A stretch of DNA of 24,677 bases from a virus (taxonomy: Duplodnaviria > Caudoviricetes): positions 1 to 24,677 of IMG/VR virus record IMGVR_UViG_3300037515_000541; one strand, written 5' to 3'. Shown piece by piece: positions 23,971 through 24,677 of the stretch. A program made the translations under genes and the position numbers. Within the stretch, counting starts at the first letter, position 1; each line of letters starts with the position of its first letter. The notes under the pieces were generated by a model, which was not told where the DNA came from, searched no databases, and was given only the letters and a program-made list of their open reading frames with translations.

Positions 23971-24677
23971 ATGGCGACGTTGACTCGACGGTACGCCACG
24001 ATCGGCGGGGTGAAGGTTCGGCTCGCCGCCTGGCTGCCATCCGACCAGAGGTATGCGGATCGGCTGATCCCCGTCGACCCGAACTTGCAGTTCTTGCCGA
24101 ATGATCGGACGTCGCTGGTCGCCCAGCAGGCGTCGACGTTTTGGCAGATGAACGAGTGGCGGGCCGGGGAGGGGTTTGACCGGTGGACCCCGGATCGGGA
24201 GGGCGGCGGCTATCACCGGTCGCAGGCGGTCCGTCCGAAAAAGATCGGCGACGGCTTGGTGTTGGGTCCGGTGTTGGAAACCACCCAGGATTCGACGGGT
24301 GCATCCGACTTCGCCGACGGGGGAGCCCTGGCGATCGCTCAGGGCAAACTGTGGGCGGTTGAAGACACCGACGCCTACGAATGGGATACGACCAACGAGC
24401 GGTGGAAGGCGGGGATCTCCACTGGGGCGACCGTCGATCACACGGTGACCAACATGGCCGACGGACACGACACTTGGGTCTATTCCGGGCACGCCCTCGG
24501 GTCGTCGCGCACCATCCGCCGGTGGAAATCCGGGTCCAACGAGACGCATTACGGGACGGGAACCGGCGACGATTTCAGCTATCCGCCGCTGCTGGTCGCG
24601 TTCGGGGAGCGGCTGTTCGCTCTCGACGGCGACGACCTGTACGAGATCGACAAGATCACCGCCGACACCCGCACCCT
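23971..24677 (+). CDS. Tail nozzle / tubular protein B-like (beta-propeller), 5' part, runs off the window
   Basis: Open frame from ATG 23971 to the window end (MATLTRRYATIGG...FWQMNEWRAGEG...GKLWAV...ERLFALDG); blade-like aromatic strands; follows the adaptor. Confidence 0.65.
   Translation, partial: MATLTRRYATIGGVKVRLAAWLPSDQRYADRLIPVDPNLQFLPNDRTSLVAQQASTFWQMNEWRAGEGFDRWTPDREGGGYHRSQAVRPKKIGDGLVLGPVLETTQDSTGASDFADGGALAIAQGKLWAVEDTDAYEWDTTNERWKAGISTGATVDHTVTNMADGHDTWVYSGHALGSSRTIRRWKSGSNETHYGTGTGDDFSYPPLLVAFGERLFALDGDDLYEIDKITADTRT

Larger units (their letters stand above)
1..24677. mobile_element. Tailed dsDNA phage/prophage segment with podovirus-like virion module
   Basis: Terminase, portal, scaffold, major capsid, adaptor and nozzle-like genes; dense packing with many TGATG/ATGA/GTGA stop-start overlaps (701, 931, 2748, 2966, 4273, 6081, 8159, 16483, 21625, 23073); no host housekeeping genes. 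Confidence 0.95.

Noticed and set aside
6687-24549. Many long minus-strand and alternate-frame ORFs (for example 8330-10234, 10523-12130, 14897-16492, 20986-22845)
   Set aside because: They overlap well-supported plus-strand genes, have Arg/Pro/His-rich shadow composition and show no motifs.

Overview
A continuous stretch of a GC-rich tailed dsDNA phage or prophage. Promoter style (TANNNT, leaderless starts) and small-protein motifs suggest an actinobacterial host, which is an inference. The left end (about 48-305) is a non-coding array of GTGACA/TGTCAC sites that looks like an origin or packaging site. A short leftward operon (2502 to 519) encodes a holin-like protein, a RecA/AAA_25-type helicase-like ATPase with a C-terminal wHTH, and two small Zn-binding proteins. 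From 2581 a long, tightly coupled rightward virion module runs in this order: a putative fibre cassette (small genes, a 147-aa subunit, and a protein with 15 x ~22-aa V/T/P/A repeats), terminase with a fused N-terminal HTH, portal, decoration-like protein, three large internal-virion-like proteins (the 1930-aa one ends in a thermonuclease/SNase-like domain), scaffold, major capsid, a triple zinc-finger protein, adaptor, and a truncated nozzle-like protein. The architecture is podovirus-like. No tRNA, CRISPR array, integrase or endolysin is evident. The best candidates for novelty are (i) a repeat-templated fibre system whose repeat motif recurs once in two small upstream proteins, (ii) a nuclease fused to a giant putative ejection protein, and (iii) a shared promoter box in both divergent intergenic regions. 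All functional calls come from motif recognition and gene order by eye; no database search was run.
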